This document shows, piece by piece, positions 34,498 to 43,570 of a stretch of 48,443 nt of DNA. Where the stretch lies: positions 1 through 48,443 of the forward strand of contig PEZW01000006.1 of assembly GCA_002773985.1 (NCBI GenBank), read 5' to 3'. Source of the DNA: Candidatus Berkelbacteria bacterium CG10_big_fil_rev_8_21_14_0_10_43_13 (GTDB taxonomy: Bacteria > Patescibacteriota > UBA1384 > XYA2-FULL-43-10 > 1-14-0-10-43-13). The notes under the pieces were generated by a model, which saw only the letters and a list, made by a program, of their open reading frames with translations, made no database searches and was not told the DNA's origin. The stretch's first letter is position 1. Each line of letters begins with the position of its first letter. A program made the translations under genes and the position numbers.

Positions 34498-36546
34498 ATG
34501 AACCAAAGAGAATTGACGAAAATTTTGTCGAAAAAAATCAATCTGCCGGCCAAGAAAACACGGAAATTGATCGAGTCTTTTGGCGACGTCATCAGCCTTG
34601 CTGTGAGCAAAGGCGAAAAGGTCACTTACTCAAATTTTGGGACATTTTATTTGGTCAATTACCCCTCAAAGGTTATCAACCACCCGATCTTCGGTAAAAA
34701 GAAACGCACCGTCATGCTGGCGACAAATGTCGTCAAGTGGATGCCCTCCGACAGTATCAAGGATCTGGTCAATCATCACCTGCAAACTGAAAATGTGACA
34801 ACTTTTGGTGCCGCCAAGACTATCCGGGAGGCCAAGAAAAAGGCTGGCATCGCTGAGTACAAGGCTCTTGATATCTCCAAGGCTGAACACAGCGCGCTGA
34901 TAGAGATTCAGAAAAAGGAGAAAGAACCGGCACCGGAGGAAGAAATCACCGAAATACCAATTCGTGTTATCAAAAAAGATTGGACAGACCTACCCATTAC
35001 TCATCTCGACACTCCAGTACGGCGGACCACACCTTTTACCAGAGCTCTATCTCAAGTCGAGTACATCGATCTCTCAAAAATCCAAATACCGAGTACGATT
35101 CTCTGTCTTGTCCCGAAGGAAATTGCCCATCGGACAAAAGTGGTTCCGATCGACCTGAAAGACGAGATCCTGATTATCGGTATGACTGACCCGACGGATC
35201 ACGAAGCGCTCGACACGATCAAGAAGTTGGTCCGCAAACAGATCTCACCTCGACTTATCTCCGAGAAGGATCTAACTCAAATACTAAACAGGTATGACAT
35301 GCTCGGTATCGAGTCGGCGCAAGCCACCACCAAGCCAGCCGAGACTCGCCAAATCGATTGGAAAAAGACCACTCCTGTCAGTCGAGTTATAAATTTAATT
35401 TTGAAACGTGCCGTCCGTGAACAGGCAACGATGATACATTTTGATACCGAAGATGACGACATCGTCGTCAGATTTAGAATTGGCGACCAGCTTCTCGACA
35501 AGGCATCACTCAGTAAATCTCTTCATCAGAAAGTTTTGGCTCATTTCAAACGTCTCGTCGATCAATCCGAAGAAAAAAATGGTGTCACTCGGCAGTTATT
35601 TTCCCTAAATGTCGCGGGAGTGCCAGAAGAATTTGAGCTTATCGGCATCACTGCTGTTGATGGCGAAAAGATCGTCATCAAAACCAAGAACCGTCTCAAA
35701 GAATTGAAAAAATTGACTGAGATTGGTTTTAGAGACAGAGATTATCAAGCGATTATCGAAAATGCTCCCCGACCCGGCGTGAACCTAATCACCGGTCAAG
35801 AAGACGTCGGACGAGCAGGAATGTTTTATGCCCTGGCTGATTTTTATCGAGACCAAAATCTCCATGTCGTTACGCTCGAGAAAAGTCCTGCACTTGCCGT
35901 CTCCGGAGTGAGTCAGATCGATATGAACAAAATCCCCGGTTTTGATTTAAATGCGACCATTTCGACGCTCGCCGCCTTTGATTGTGATGTTCTGATGCTC
36001 GATAGTATTCCTGGCGCGGAAATTTTCAATCAGATTCTAACACTTTTTGCAGAAAAAATTATTGTCATTTCCGTCGAAGCTTATGACTCGATCACAGCGA
36101 TCACCACTCTACTCGGCACAGGGATCAATCCGGCTGTTTTTGCAAAAAAACTAAACCTAATTCTCGCCTCCAAAGAGATATCTCGCCTTTGCCCTCATTG
36201 TCGCGAGTTGGTCAAGATTGACAGTAAAACCGTCCGCCAGATTCGCGATATTTTGGCCGATCTGCCGGCAGACGAACGGGCCAGACTGAGAAGACTCGGT
36301 AGCCATTTTTACCAAGGACAGGGTTGCAAGAAATGCAACGGTTCCGGCCACATAGGCAACACCATGATGCTTGAGCTACTCGTTGCCAATGAAAAAATCC
36401 GCGACCTGATCGCGGATGATTTTGACGCAGAAAAAATTAGAAAAGAAGCTCTCAAAAACCACTTCACGACTTACGCACAGGACGGTATCATCATCGCACT
36501 CATCGGAGAAGTTGCGATCTCTGATGTCTTACCAGAGATCAAATAA
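34498..36546 (+). CDS. Fusion protein: HU/IHF-type DNA-binding domain + GspE/PilB N-terminal domain + degenerate secretion-ATPase domain
   Basis: N-terminus MNQRELTKILSKKINLPAKKTRKLIESFGDVI...FGTFY (HU fold). T2SSE_N-like LVPKEIAHRTKVVPIDLKDEILIIGMTDP. ATPase core with Walker A replaced by GQEDVGRAG. CPHC...CKKC tetracysteine retained. The ORF-track start 34414 lies in the leader hairpin. Confidence 0.75.
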   Translation: MNQRELTKILSKKINLPAKKTRKLIESFGDVISLAVSKGEKVTYSNFGTFYLVNYPSKVINHPIFGKKKRTVMLATNVVKWMPSDSIKDLVNHHLQTENVTTFGAAKTIREAKKKAGIAEYKALDISKAEHSALIEIQKKEKEPAPEEEITEIPIRVIKKDWTDLPITHLDTPVRRTTPFTRALSQVEYIDLSKIQIPSTILCLVPKEIAHRTKVVPIDLKDEILIIGMTDPTDHEALDTIKKLVRKQISPRLISEKDLTQILNRYDMLGIESAQATTKPAETRQIDWKKTTPVSRVINLILKRAVREQATMIHFDTEDDDIVVRFRIGDQLLDKASLSKSLHQKVLAHFKRLVDQSEEKNGVTRQLFSLNVAGVPEEFELIGITAVDGEKIVIKTKNRLKELKKLTEIGFRDRDYQAIIENAPRPGVNLITGQEDVGRAGMFYALADFYRDQNLHVVTLEKSPALAVSGVSQIDMNKIPGFDLNATISTLAAFDCDVLMLDSIPGAEIFNQILTLFAEKIIVISVEAYDSITAITTLLGTGINPAVFAKKLNLILASKEISRLCPHCRELVKIDSKTVRQIRDILADLPADERARLRRLGSHFYQGQGCKKCNGSGHIGNTMMLELLVANEKIRDLIADDFDAEKIRKEALKNHFTTYAQDGIIIALIGEVAISDVLPEIK

Positions 36547-36549
36547 ATA

Positions 36550-36948
36550 CTACTTCTGGTCGCCCTTAGCTGCCACTGAGAGGGACTTTTCGATCGCATC
36601 GATAATCTTGGCCGGCATCGTCTCGCTTTTGATCAGATATTGATCGTAGGGTTTCATAATGCTTTTGATCTTGTCGATCTCCTGAACAAGCGCTGTCAAC
36701 AAGATAACCGGCGTCTTGACGGTCGTCTCATCCTCGCGCAACTTTTTCATCACGTCGATGCCATTTATCTTTGGCATCATGATGTCGAGCAGGATTATTT
36801 CCGGCTTTTCAGAGTAAACCTTGGACAACGCTTCCTCGCCGTCGTACGCCGAGACGACGACGTAGCCCTCCGCCCGCAATCTTTCCGCATACATCTCGTG
36901 CAATGTCATGTCGTCATCGACTAAAAGGATTTTTGCTTTTGTTGTCAT
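36550..36948 (-). CDS. Stand-alone response-regulator receiver domain
   Basis: KILLVDDD, phospho-acceptor region IILLDIMMP, LTAL and K residues. 132 aa. Confidence 0.85.
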   Translation of the reverse strand: MTTKAKILLVDDDMTLHEMYAERLRAEGYVVVSAYDGEEALSKVYSEKPEIILLDIMMPKINGIDVMKKLREDETTVKTPVILLTALVQEIDKIKSIMKPYDQYLIKSETMPAKIIDAIEKSLSVAAKGDQK

Positions 36949-36963
36949 ATTGTCTCCAAATCG

Positions 36964-38040
36964 TTAGTTATTCTTAAATATTACATAGTCATAAAGATCG
37001 TAGAGCGAACCGTTTTGCAAGCTGACGTCAGCTTGAAGTGTTCTCGCCGTTCCACCAAAATATCCGGTCGATGTAATAGTGTTGTTGGCACTGTTTAGGG
37101 GATGCTGGCTTGCTCTTAAACCGATTTCTTTAAGTGAATAGTAAATACCCGCACCAATCGGCTTGAGAAAAAGTGTCGCTCTGTCATAACCAACTGCTGG
37201 CGACATTTCAGCCCTCAGATTAGACATCGTACCAATATTGCTTGTTGCGTTGTATGCATAATTTTTAGCAGTCGAAAGGTCAGAAATAATGTCAGGGCTT
37301 AGAGAAGAACATCCTGTCGGATTATACAAAAGAGTCTTCTTTTCAGTAACCTTATCAGTACCACTTTGTTGAAGTTGAAGTTTTACTTCAATCACTACAC
37401 ACTTGGCAGCGCGAAATACAGCTGGGTATTGGGTACTTAATAATGGTTCGACTGGCTTAAATGTCAAAGTAATGTCCGAGACAGCCGCAAATGAAAACAT
37501 ATCGCCAAGGTCGATCTTTCTCGTCTCATCTCGAGCGATGTGATAATCCTCGTCCAAGTCAGCTTTTGTCAGATCACTATTACCGGCCAAGGTGCCGATA
37601 GGGTTGCCATCCTTCGATGCCGCGCCCATTCTGAGGTCGTAAAACTGTGAATTTAGATCTGTAGTAATCCCGATTGGAGATGTTTTTGCAATTCCATTTA
37701 CAGCTGTACTAGCTAACGTGCTAGTAGAAAGGTTGGTGCGAAAAACATTGTCCGGTGCCGCGAGCCAATTCTGTGCCGGATAAGGATAGGCAGTTGGATT
37801 AGCAAATGTCGGCACCTGCCCATCTGTCGGTACCGCATTTGCACCTCGACTGACGCGATAGCGCAGAAAACCCTCTTCAATCCCCGACTCAGCAGCATAG
37901 TAAGCCCCGATGCCACTCTCATAAGCGGAACTGTTTGAGATCTGGATGTCGAGAACTTTGCCAAAAGTAAAACCGACCGCACCGACAGCGGATACCAGAA
38001 GCATCGCTATGACAATCGCCGATCCCCTCGTCTTTCTCAT
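36964..38040 (-). CDS. PilX-N-like pilus assembly / minor pilin-like protein
   Basis: N-terminus MRKTRGSAIVIAMLLVSAVGAVG, typical of the PilX N-terminal domain. The rest is Ser/Thr/Asn-rich and extracellular-like. Confidence 0.6.
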   Translation of the reverse strand: MRKTRGSAIVIAMLLVSAVGAVGFTFGKVLDIQISNSSAYESGIGAYYAAESGIEEGFLRYRVSRGANAVPTDGQVPTFANPTAYPYPAQNWLAAPDNVFRTNLSTSTLASTAVNGIAKTSPIGITTDLNSQFYDLRMGAASKDGNPIGTLAGNSDLTKADLDEDYHIARDETRKIDLGDMFSFAAVSDITLTFKPVEPLLSTQYPAVFRAAKCVVIEVKLQLQQSGTDKVTEKKTLLYNPTGCSSLSPDIISDLSTAKNYAYNATSNIGTMSNLRAEMSPAVGYDRATLFLKPIGAGIYYSLKEIGLRASQHPLNSANNTITSTGYFGGTARTLQADVSLQNGSLYDLYDYVIFKNN

Positions 38041-38111
38041 CCATGACCTTCGCTAACTTGTGTTAAATTATACACTCGGTTGTCAATTAATGCAAAAACC
38101 GATCACAAGCT

Positions 38112-38528
38112 TTAAACTTCCGGCAAGTCTAATTTCTCAAGAAAATCACTGGCATTGACTATTTTGGTTGTGCCAAACTTTTTCAAGGGAAGAATGTGCT
38201 TTTTATCGCCAGTCACGAGATAATCGGCTTGTGCCGACATTGCACACTCTAAAATATGGTTATCGTCTGCATTACTCTTAATTACATCCACTTTTTTATC
38301 AGGTTGTATGACTTTCACAAATTTTAATATTTCGAGAATAATTTTATCTGTCGTATTTTGACCATAACCGAATTTAGCGATAAAAATGCGTTCGATCTCG
38401 ACAATGATAAAATCGCTACAGTAAATCTCAAATTTTCCCTCTTTTGCCAAATCCAAAACCAGCGAAGGTTTGCTGTTTGGGAAAATTAAACCGGACAGAT
38501 AAATATTGGTGTCAAGGACGACTTTCAT
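38112..38528 (-). CDS. vapC: PIN-domain toxin
   Basis: MKVVLDTNIY start with conserved acidic residues. 1-nt overlap (TAATG) with the upstream antitoxin gene. Confidence 0.85.
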   Translation of the reverse strand: MKVVLDTNIYLSGLIFPNSKPSLVLDLAKEGKFEIYCSDFIIVEIERIFIAKFGYGQNTTDKIILEILKFVKVIQPDKKVDVIKSNADDNHILECAMSAQADYLVTGDKKHILPLKKFGTTKIVNASDFLEKLDLPEV

Positions 38529-38764
38529 TATAATCTCTCTGAATCTACCATTTTTTCAATGTCGTCTTCTGAGCTAATGTCCAGTTTTCTGGCCTTTGTT
38601 ACGATGTCGCTCTGCAAAATAGCCCAATTACTCTTGGTTCTGATATAGAAGACCGCAGCTTCTTTTATGAGTTCCGAACGGCTGCGATATTCTTCTCTTG
38701 CCTTTTGATCAATTTCAGATAACAATTGCTCCGGCAAGGAAATGTTTACAGTTTTAACTTTCAT
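38528..38764 (-). CDS. Ribbon-helix-helix (CopG/MetJ-type) antitoxin
   Basis: 78 aa. N-terminal beta-strand VNISLPEQLLSEID followed by helices RSRSELIKEA. Confidence 0.7.
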   Translation of the reverse strand: MKVKTVNISLPEQLLSEIDQKAREEYRSRSELIKEAAVFYIRTKSNWAILQSDIVTKARKLDISSEDDIEKMVDSERL

Positions 38765-38843
38765 GTGTTTATTTCTCCTTTCAACAAATATTGTATGGTT
38801 TTTGTTTTACGGTGTCAATAGCCATAGAAATAAATGTCAATAT

Positions 38844-38970
38844 TAGGACTTACGCACCGTAGAGCAAACATTAGTTTGTTGGAGATGAATCACACAATCT
38901 AATCAGACGTTGCCCCAACACGCTAATCCGCCAGCTGGCGGAGTGGTCTACAAGGCTTTTGCGTAAGTCA
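38844..38970. mobile_element. ~125-bp MITE-like element with 10-bp perfect termini
   Basis: GACTTACGCA (38847-38856) and TGCGTAAGTC (38960-38969). The end motif TTAGGACTTACGC also occurs at 33877. Internal ATCCGCCAGCTGGCGGA hairpin. Confidence 0.6.
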
Positions 38971-39145
38971 TATCAATATTTTAACCTATTCAATATATAA
39001 AAAAATAGCCACTCTAAAAGTGACTATTTTTTCTAAATCTGGCTTGGCTGTGCCACGTGGCCGAGCTGAGATAATAAATGTCTGTCCCGTAAAAAGACTT
39101 TGTCTTCACGGGACACATAAAACACTCGCTCTGCTCGGTTTTACG

Positions 39146-39212
39146 TGGTACCGCGTATGGGAGTCGAACCCATGATCTTCGCCGTGAGAGGGCGATGTCC
39201 TAGACCACTAGC
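39146..39212 (-). pseudogene. tRNA-Glu(CUC)-like sequence lacking a 5' acceptor strand
   Basis: D-arm, anticodon arm (TCGCC-CTCTCAC-GGCGA), T-arm (ATGGG-TTCGACT-CCCAT), ACGCGGT-A-CCA are all present. The expected 5' ACCGCGT/GCCGCGT is replaced by the hairpin repeat GGGAGATCCCCCTTCGGGGGAAC (39221-39243). Confidence 0.55.
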
Positions 39213-39263
39213 CTCCCGGAGGGAGATCCCCCTTCGGGGGAACGAACACATAACTTTAAAGTA

Positions 39264-39338
39264 TGGTACCGTTAACGGGACTCGAACCCGTGTTACTGCC
39301 GTGAGAGGGCAGCGTCCTAACCGCTAGACGATAACGGC
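39264..39338 (-). tRNA. tRNA-Glu (anticodon CUC), CCA encoded
   Basis: GCCGTTA/TAACGGT acceptor, GTC-TAGCGGTTAG-GAC D-arm, CTGCC-CTCTCAC-GGCAG anticodon arm, ACGGG-TTCGAGT-CCCGT T-arm. Confidence 0.9.
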
Positions 39339-39378
39339 AAAAAACATTAATTGTGCAAAGTCTTTCGTCCATTCTGTC

Positions 39379-39452
39379 TGGTTCCGAGACTAGGATTCGA
39401 ACCTAGATAAGCAGATCCAGAATCTGCTGTCCTGCCATTAGACGATCTCGGA
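39379..39452 (-). tRNA. tRNA-Gln (anticodon CUG), CCA encoded
   Basis: TCCGAGA/TCTCGGA acceptor with U1-A72, GCAGA-TTCTGGA-TCTGC anticodon arm, CTAGG-TTCGAAT-CCTAG T-arm. Confidence 0.9.
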
Positions 39453-39510
39453 ATATCAACAGAATCCCTGGCTACCCTTGAACGTTCGGATTGTACCATT
39501 TTACATGACT

Positions 39511-40638
39511 TTACTCAAGATCAAACGGTACTGTATAAACTTTTTCGATTTCTTTGATAACTTTTTGCCAGTCAAAATTTTCCACTCTCTCGATACCGCC
39601 ACGCTTTAGTTTCGCAGCCAAGGCGGGGTGATCGAGTAGTTCGATGACGGCTTTCGCAAGCTGTTTGCTATCTCTCGACGGTATGAGCAAGCCATTTTTT
39701 CTGTTCTCAATTATATCGGGTATACCACCGACTCTTGTCGCCACGATCGGCACTCCAGCATTCATCGCTTCCAAAACGACAATACCAAAAGTTTCAGCCA
39801 CTGAGGGCAAGACGAAGACATCCCATTTCTTGAAAAATTTCTCGACATTTTTCTGCCGCCCCAGAAGTGTGATGTGCCTCTCCAGCTTTAAACTTTCAAC
39901 TTTAAACTTTAAACTTTCCTTGAGCTCCCCTTCGCCCACTATCTCGAGTGTCGCCAGGGGGAATTTTTTCAAAATTTCCTCCATCGCCTCGATCAGATAT
40001 ATCTGACCTTTTTGCGGATTTAAATTACCAATCGTCCCAATCACCGGCGCCCGATTCGCCGCCTTTATTGCTCGGGGTTTGGAGTTTGGGGTTTGGAGTT
40101 CGATTGCGTTTGGAATAATTATTGCCTGTTCCTTGGTCGCCAAATCATTATTAATCAAAAAACTTTGAACCGACGAGGAAACAGCGATGACGCGATTCAT
40201 TCGCCGGAGAACACGCCGAAGCATAAACTTTTGCCAAAATTCAGTCATCGGATTTTTCAAATGGTAGTCAGCATCCCAGCGATGCTCGGTATAGATGCGG
40301 AAAGCACTCTGCGGCGCGACCTTTGAGGTAAATAAGCCAGCTCTGGTGCCATGAGAATGGACCACCATCGGTCCAAACGGATCATGACTTGATTTGATTT
40401 TGGTCAGATAATTTTGAAGTTCGAACAAGGAAACAATATCGAATTTTGATTTGAACGGGACATGAAAAATAGTCACACCCTTGATCTGACTGACCTTGTT
40501 TGAAAGCTGACCTTCAGGACAGATCAAAAACGGCTCGAATTTCTTCTGATCGAGGGATTTGAGCAGACCAAAAACATGACTCGGTCCGCCGCCGAGATCA
40601 GCATCGGCAATAATTTCGACAACCTTAATCCTCTCCAT
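39511..40638 (-). CDS. GT4-family (GT-B fold) glycosyltransferase
   Basis: C-terminal FGIVVLEAMNAGVPIVATRVGGIPDII motif. Contains word-tract codons at 39886-39919 and 40074-40100. Confidence 0.85.
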   Translation of the reverse strand: MERIKVVEIIADADLGGGPSHVFGLLKSLDQKKFEPFLICPEGQLSNKVSQIKGVTIFHVPFKSKFDIVSLFELQNYLTKIKSSHDPFGPMVVHSHGTRAGLFTSKVAPQSAFRIYTEHRWDADYHLKNPMTEFWQKFMLRRVLRRMNRVIAVSSSVQSFLINNDLATKEQAIIIPNAIELQTPNSKPRAIKAANRAPVIGTIGNLNPQKGQIYLIEAMEEILKKFPLATLEIVGEGELKESLKFKVESLKLERHITLLGRQKNVEKFFKKWDVFVLPSVAETFGIVVLEAMNAGVPIVATRVGGIPDIIENRKNGLLIPSRDSKQLAKAVIELLDHPALAAKLKRGGIERVENFDWQKVIKEIEKVYTVPFDLE

Positions 40639-40839
40639 AGAACTATTTTATCACTCTTGGCCATTTGTACCAAACCATTTATCATCTCGGACAGATGACT
40701 CTTTTCCTCTGTCATCTCGACCGAATCCGCCAACTGGCGGAGGAGTGGAGAGATCTTTACCAAAAAAATATCCTCGCCAGATTTCTCCGCCCTCGATGTT
40801 CATCGGGGAGTCGAAATGACAATTACACGACACTGGTAA

Positions 40840-42309
40840 TTATTGTAACTTTTCGATTGCCAGATTCAGTCGTTTTAGTGTCTCGTCCTTGCCCAGCGCT
40901 AGGGCCAGCTCGACTGGGGAGGGTGATTTTTCCTCACCCGATAGAGCGACGCGCACCGGCCAGAAAACATCACCATTAGTCAAATTATTATTCTCAACAA
41001 TCACCGACAGCGATTGTTGAATTGTTTCATTGTTCCATTGCTCAATTGTTGGCAACTTCGATTGAACCAATCTCAATGCTTGAAGGGTTGTAGCCTGATC
41101 GGATTTTTTGAAAACCAAGATCCCTGCGACATACTCGGGAGTTTGGCGTAATTTCAAGATGTACTCAGCCGCTTCCTTTAGCGTCTTGTATCCACCGCGC
41201 CCGATCAAATTTAGTTCTGCTTTTTGAATATTTGGTAATTTAAAATTTTGGAATTGATTTAGGATTTCGGATTTAGGATTTAGGATTTCTTCGGTAATGT
41301 AGTGTGCATTGATCGAATTGAGCTTTTCAATATTAAATATCGCCGGCGCTTTATTGAGATTTTTCAATTTAAATTCGCCAACTAAATCATCAAGAGAGAA
41401 AAATTCTCGCTCGTCCTTCGGATTCCAGCCCAGCAGGGCGATAAAATTTATGATCGCCTCCGGCAGATAACCAAGCGATTTGAACTCCTCGACCGAGGTC
41501 GCACCATGACGTTTTGACAATTTACTTTTATCAGGCGCCAAGATCATCGAGAAATGGCCAAACTTCGGCTGATCCCAGCCAAGCGCTTCATAGAGAATGA
41601 TATGTTTTGGCGTTGATGACAACCACTCCTCCGAGCGCAAAACGTAATTGATCCCCATCTCGTGATCGTCAACGACAGATGCCAAGTGATAGGTCGGATA
41701 ACCGTCTGATTTTAGTAGCACTTGGTCGTCGAAAAGTGACAGATCAAATTTGACGTCGCCACGGACCAAATCATCGACAACTACCTCGCCCGTCGCCGGC
41801 ATTTTCAGTCGAATTACGTAGTCGCCATCACTAGCAAGTTGGGGACGTTTCTCCCCAGAGAGAAGCGTCCCCGGACGATTTACAACATCTTCAATTTTAA
41901 TATTCTTCTCTCGACAAGTGCCATCATAGCCCGGCAATTTGCCAGACAACTTTAATTCCTCACCTTTAACTTTCAACTCATCTTTCGTACAAGTACAGAT
42001 ATAGGCCTTGCCCTCATCAACCAATTTCAAAGCGTATTTTCGATATAAATCCAGTCTCTTGGACTGAGTCACGATATCGTCAATATTATCAGGAACCAAG
42101 CCCAGCCACTCTAGCGCCTCGACCAATCGCTTGTCAGAACCTTCGACGTAGCGCGCTCGATCGGTGTCCTCGATCCGCAAATAAAACTTGCCGCCGGTAC
42201 TCCGAGCCGCCAGATATTCAAACAGCGCCGTCCGCGCTCCACCGATGTGAAGCTCTCCGGTCGGACTCGGCGCAAAACGAGTAATAATATTGTTGTAATT
42301 CATGATCAT
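40840..42309 (-). CDS. gltX: Glutamyl-tRNA synthetase
   Basis: FAPSPTGELHIGGARTAL (HIGH) and KLSKRHG (KMSKS) motifs. Confidence 0.95.
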   Translation of the reverse strand: MIMNYNNIITRFAPSPTGELHIGGARTALFEYLAARSTGGKFYLRIEDTDRARYVEGSDKRLVEALEWLGLVPDNIDDIVTQSKRLDLYRKYALKLVDEGKAYICTCTKDELKVKGEELKLSGKLPGYDGTCREKNIKIEDVVNRPGTLLSGEKRPQLASDGDYVIRLKMPATGEVVVDDLVRGDVKFDLSLFDDQVLLKSDGYPTYHLASVVDDHEMGINYVLRSEEWLSSTPKHIILYEALGWDQPKFGHFSMILAPDKSKLSKRHGATSVEEFKSLGYLPEAIINFIALLGWNPKDEREFFSLDDLVGEFKLKNLNKAPAIFNIEKLNSINAHYITEEILNPKSEILNQFQNFKLPNIQKAELNLIGRGGYKTLKEAAEYILKLRQTPEYVAGILVFKKSDQATTLQALRLVQSKLPTIEQWNNETIQQSLSVIVENNNLTNGDVFWPVRVALSGEEKSPSPVELALALGKDETLKRLNLAIEKLQ

Positions 42310-42447
42310 AATCTAGCACAATTACTTCTGTCTGTCATCCTGAGCGTCAGCGAAGGATCTCATGTAATCTCGTATTAGGTATTTCGTATTACGTATTAGG
42401 CAGATAACCGCATTATACGTTATACGCTATACGTTATACGATTTTTT

Positions 42448-42807
42448 TCAGCCTTCTACCGCTGATTCAATGTGCTCTATCTTCGGCTCATTCCCCGACC
42501 AATCAACCCCGACGACATCGATCCGGATCGCCCGGCTGGGATATTTCTGACTGATTGCTCGCGCCAGCAATTTTAATTTATTTTGTTTGGCATATCTGAC
42601 CAGATCGACAGCTTGACCAAATCCCCCACCGCGAACAGTCTTGACCTCGACGATGACGATGGTCTTTCTTTGCTCGGCCAAAATATCAATTTCACCAAAA
42701 GGAAAATTGATATTGCGATCGAGAATTTTGTAGCCTTTTGACTCGAGGTATCTCGCCACCGCTTCCTCACCGGCATTACCGGTTTTTTTGTTTTTAGTTT
42801 TGTCCAT
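42448..42807 (-). CDS. yraN: YraN-family (UPF0102) endonuclease-like protein
   Basis: GEEAVARYLESKGYKILDRN...GEIDILA...VEVK pattern. 119 aa. Confidence 0.85.
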   Translation of the reverse strand: MDKTKNKKTGNAGEEAVARYLESKGYKILDRNINFPFGEIDILAEQRKTIVIVEVKTVRGGGFGQAVDLVRYAKQNKLKLLARAISQKYPSRAIRIDVVGVDWSGNEPKIEHIESAVEG

Positions 42808-43002
42808 AGATTTAGGACTTAGGGTTTAGGATTTAGATTTTAGGACATTAGTCTTTATCCCTTATCTTTAGTCATTTTAATAATACTTTATACCTTATAC
42901 GTAATACGTAATGTTCTTATTCTACCACTTGTTCACAACTTGCAAAGAGAAAAAGGTGTATACTATTTCCTAACATCCCCACGGGAGAGGAGATCCACCG
43001 TC

Positions 43003-43512
43003 ATGGCCCAACACGCGTATGTGCCGAGTCGCGCCGTTGACCCTGATCCGGACCGAGCCTTCCCTGTGACATGGGAGGGCTTGGAGCCAACTTTGCACCA
43101 GATGCTCGTCAGATTTGGCGAGCTACAACCAGAGTGTGATCCGGAGGTACTGGCCTGCATGGATCACCATATCGGGCCAATCGTCGCCGCACTACCAGTC
43201 AGACAACTACAACCGCTGGTCCGAGGCGCCGGTTTCGCTCAAGGGCTGAAACTCTACTGGCAAGCCTGTCCCGGACAAGGCTGGAATGTCTTCGACATCC
43301 TTCATCGCTCAGAGGCCAATGTCGCTGATCACACCTGGACTGGTCAGACAAGACCAGGTCAGCGTGTCGGGCTTTGGCGCCCAAGTATCGGCTCGGTTGA
43401 TGGCTTGTTCGAGGAGATCCCGATCGTTGTCGGCGAGACAGGTTGGGACCCTGAGGAAGTCCCCGTCCTCCACTACTTCCCGCCGATCGTCACTGTCCGT
43501 CCCCCCGTCTGA
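43003..43512 (+). CDS. GC-rich orphan protein (island G)
   Basis: ATG 43003 follows GGAGAGGAG. 169 aa. G/C-ending codons. No motif recognised. The ORF-track start 42940 lies in AT-rich DNA without an SD. Confidence 0.5.
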   Translation: MAQHAYVPSRAVDPDPDRAFPVTWEGLEPTLHQMLVRFGELQPECDPEVLACMDHHIGPIVAALPVRQLQPLVRGAGFAQGLKLYWQACPGQGWNVFDILHRSEANVADHTWTGQTRPGQRVGLWRPSIGSVDGLFEEIPIVVGETGWDPEEVPVLHYFPPIVTVRPPV

Positions 43513-43539
43513 GGAGTTCCCGCTCCTCAAGCCTGCTCC

Positions 43540-43570
43540 CCGGCATCACTCCTTCATGGAGTGGTGCCGG
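43540..43570 (+). terminator. GC-rich hairpin closing island G
   Basis: CCGGCATCACTCC-TTCATG-GAGTGGTGCCGG followed by GCCCCACCAAACAAATTT. A second small hairpin GAGGAG-TTCCCG-CTCCTC lies just upstream. Confidence 0.4.

Noticed and set aside
39145-39327. 60-aa plus-strand ORF across the tRNA cluster
   Set aside because: It is the antisense translation of two tRNA-Glu sequences.
42940-43002. Upstream extensions of island ORFs: ORF-track starts 42940, 28996, 13943 and 23489
   Set aside because: The extensions lie in AT-rich promoter-like DNA without an SD. Internal ATGs follow strong SDs and coincide with the composition switch.
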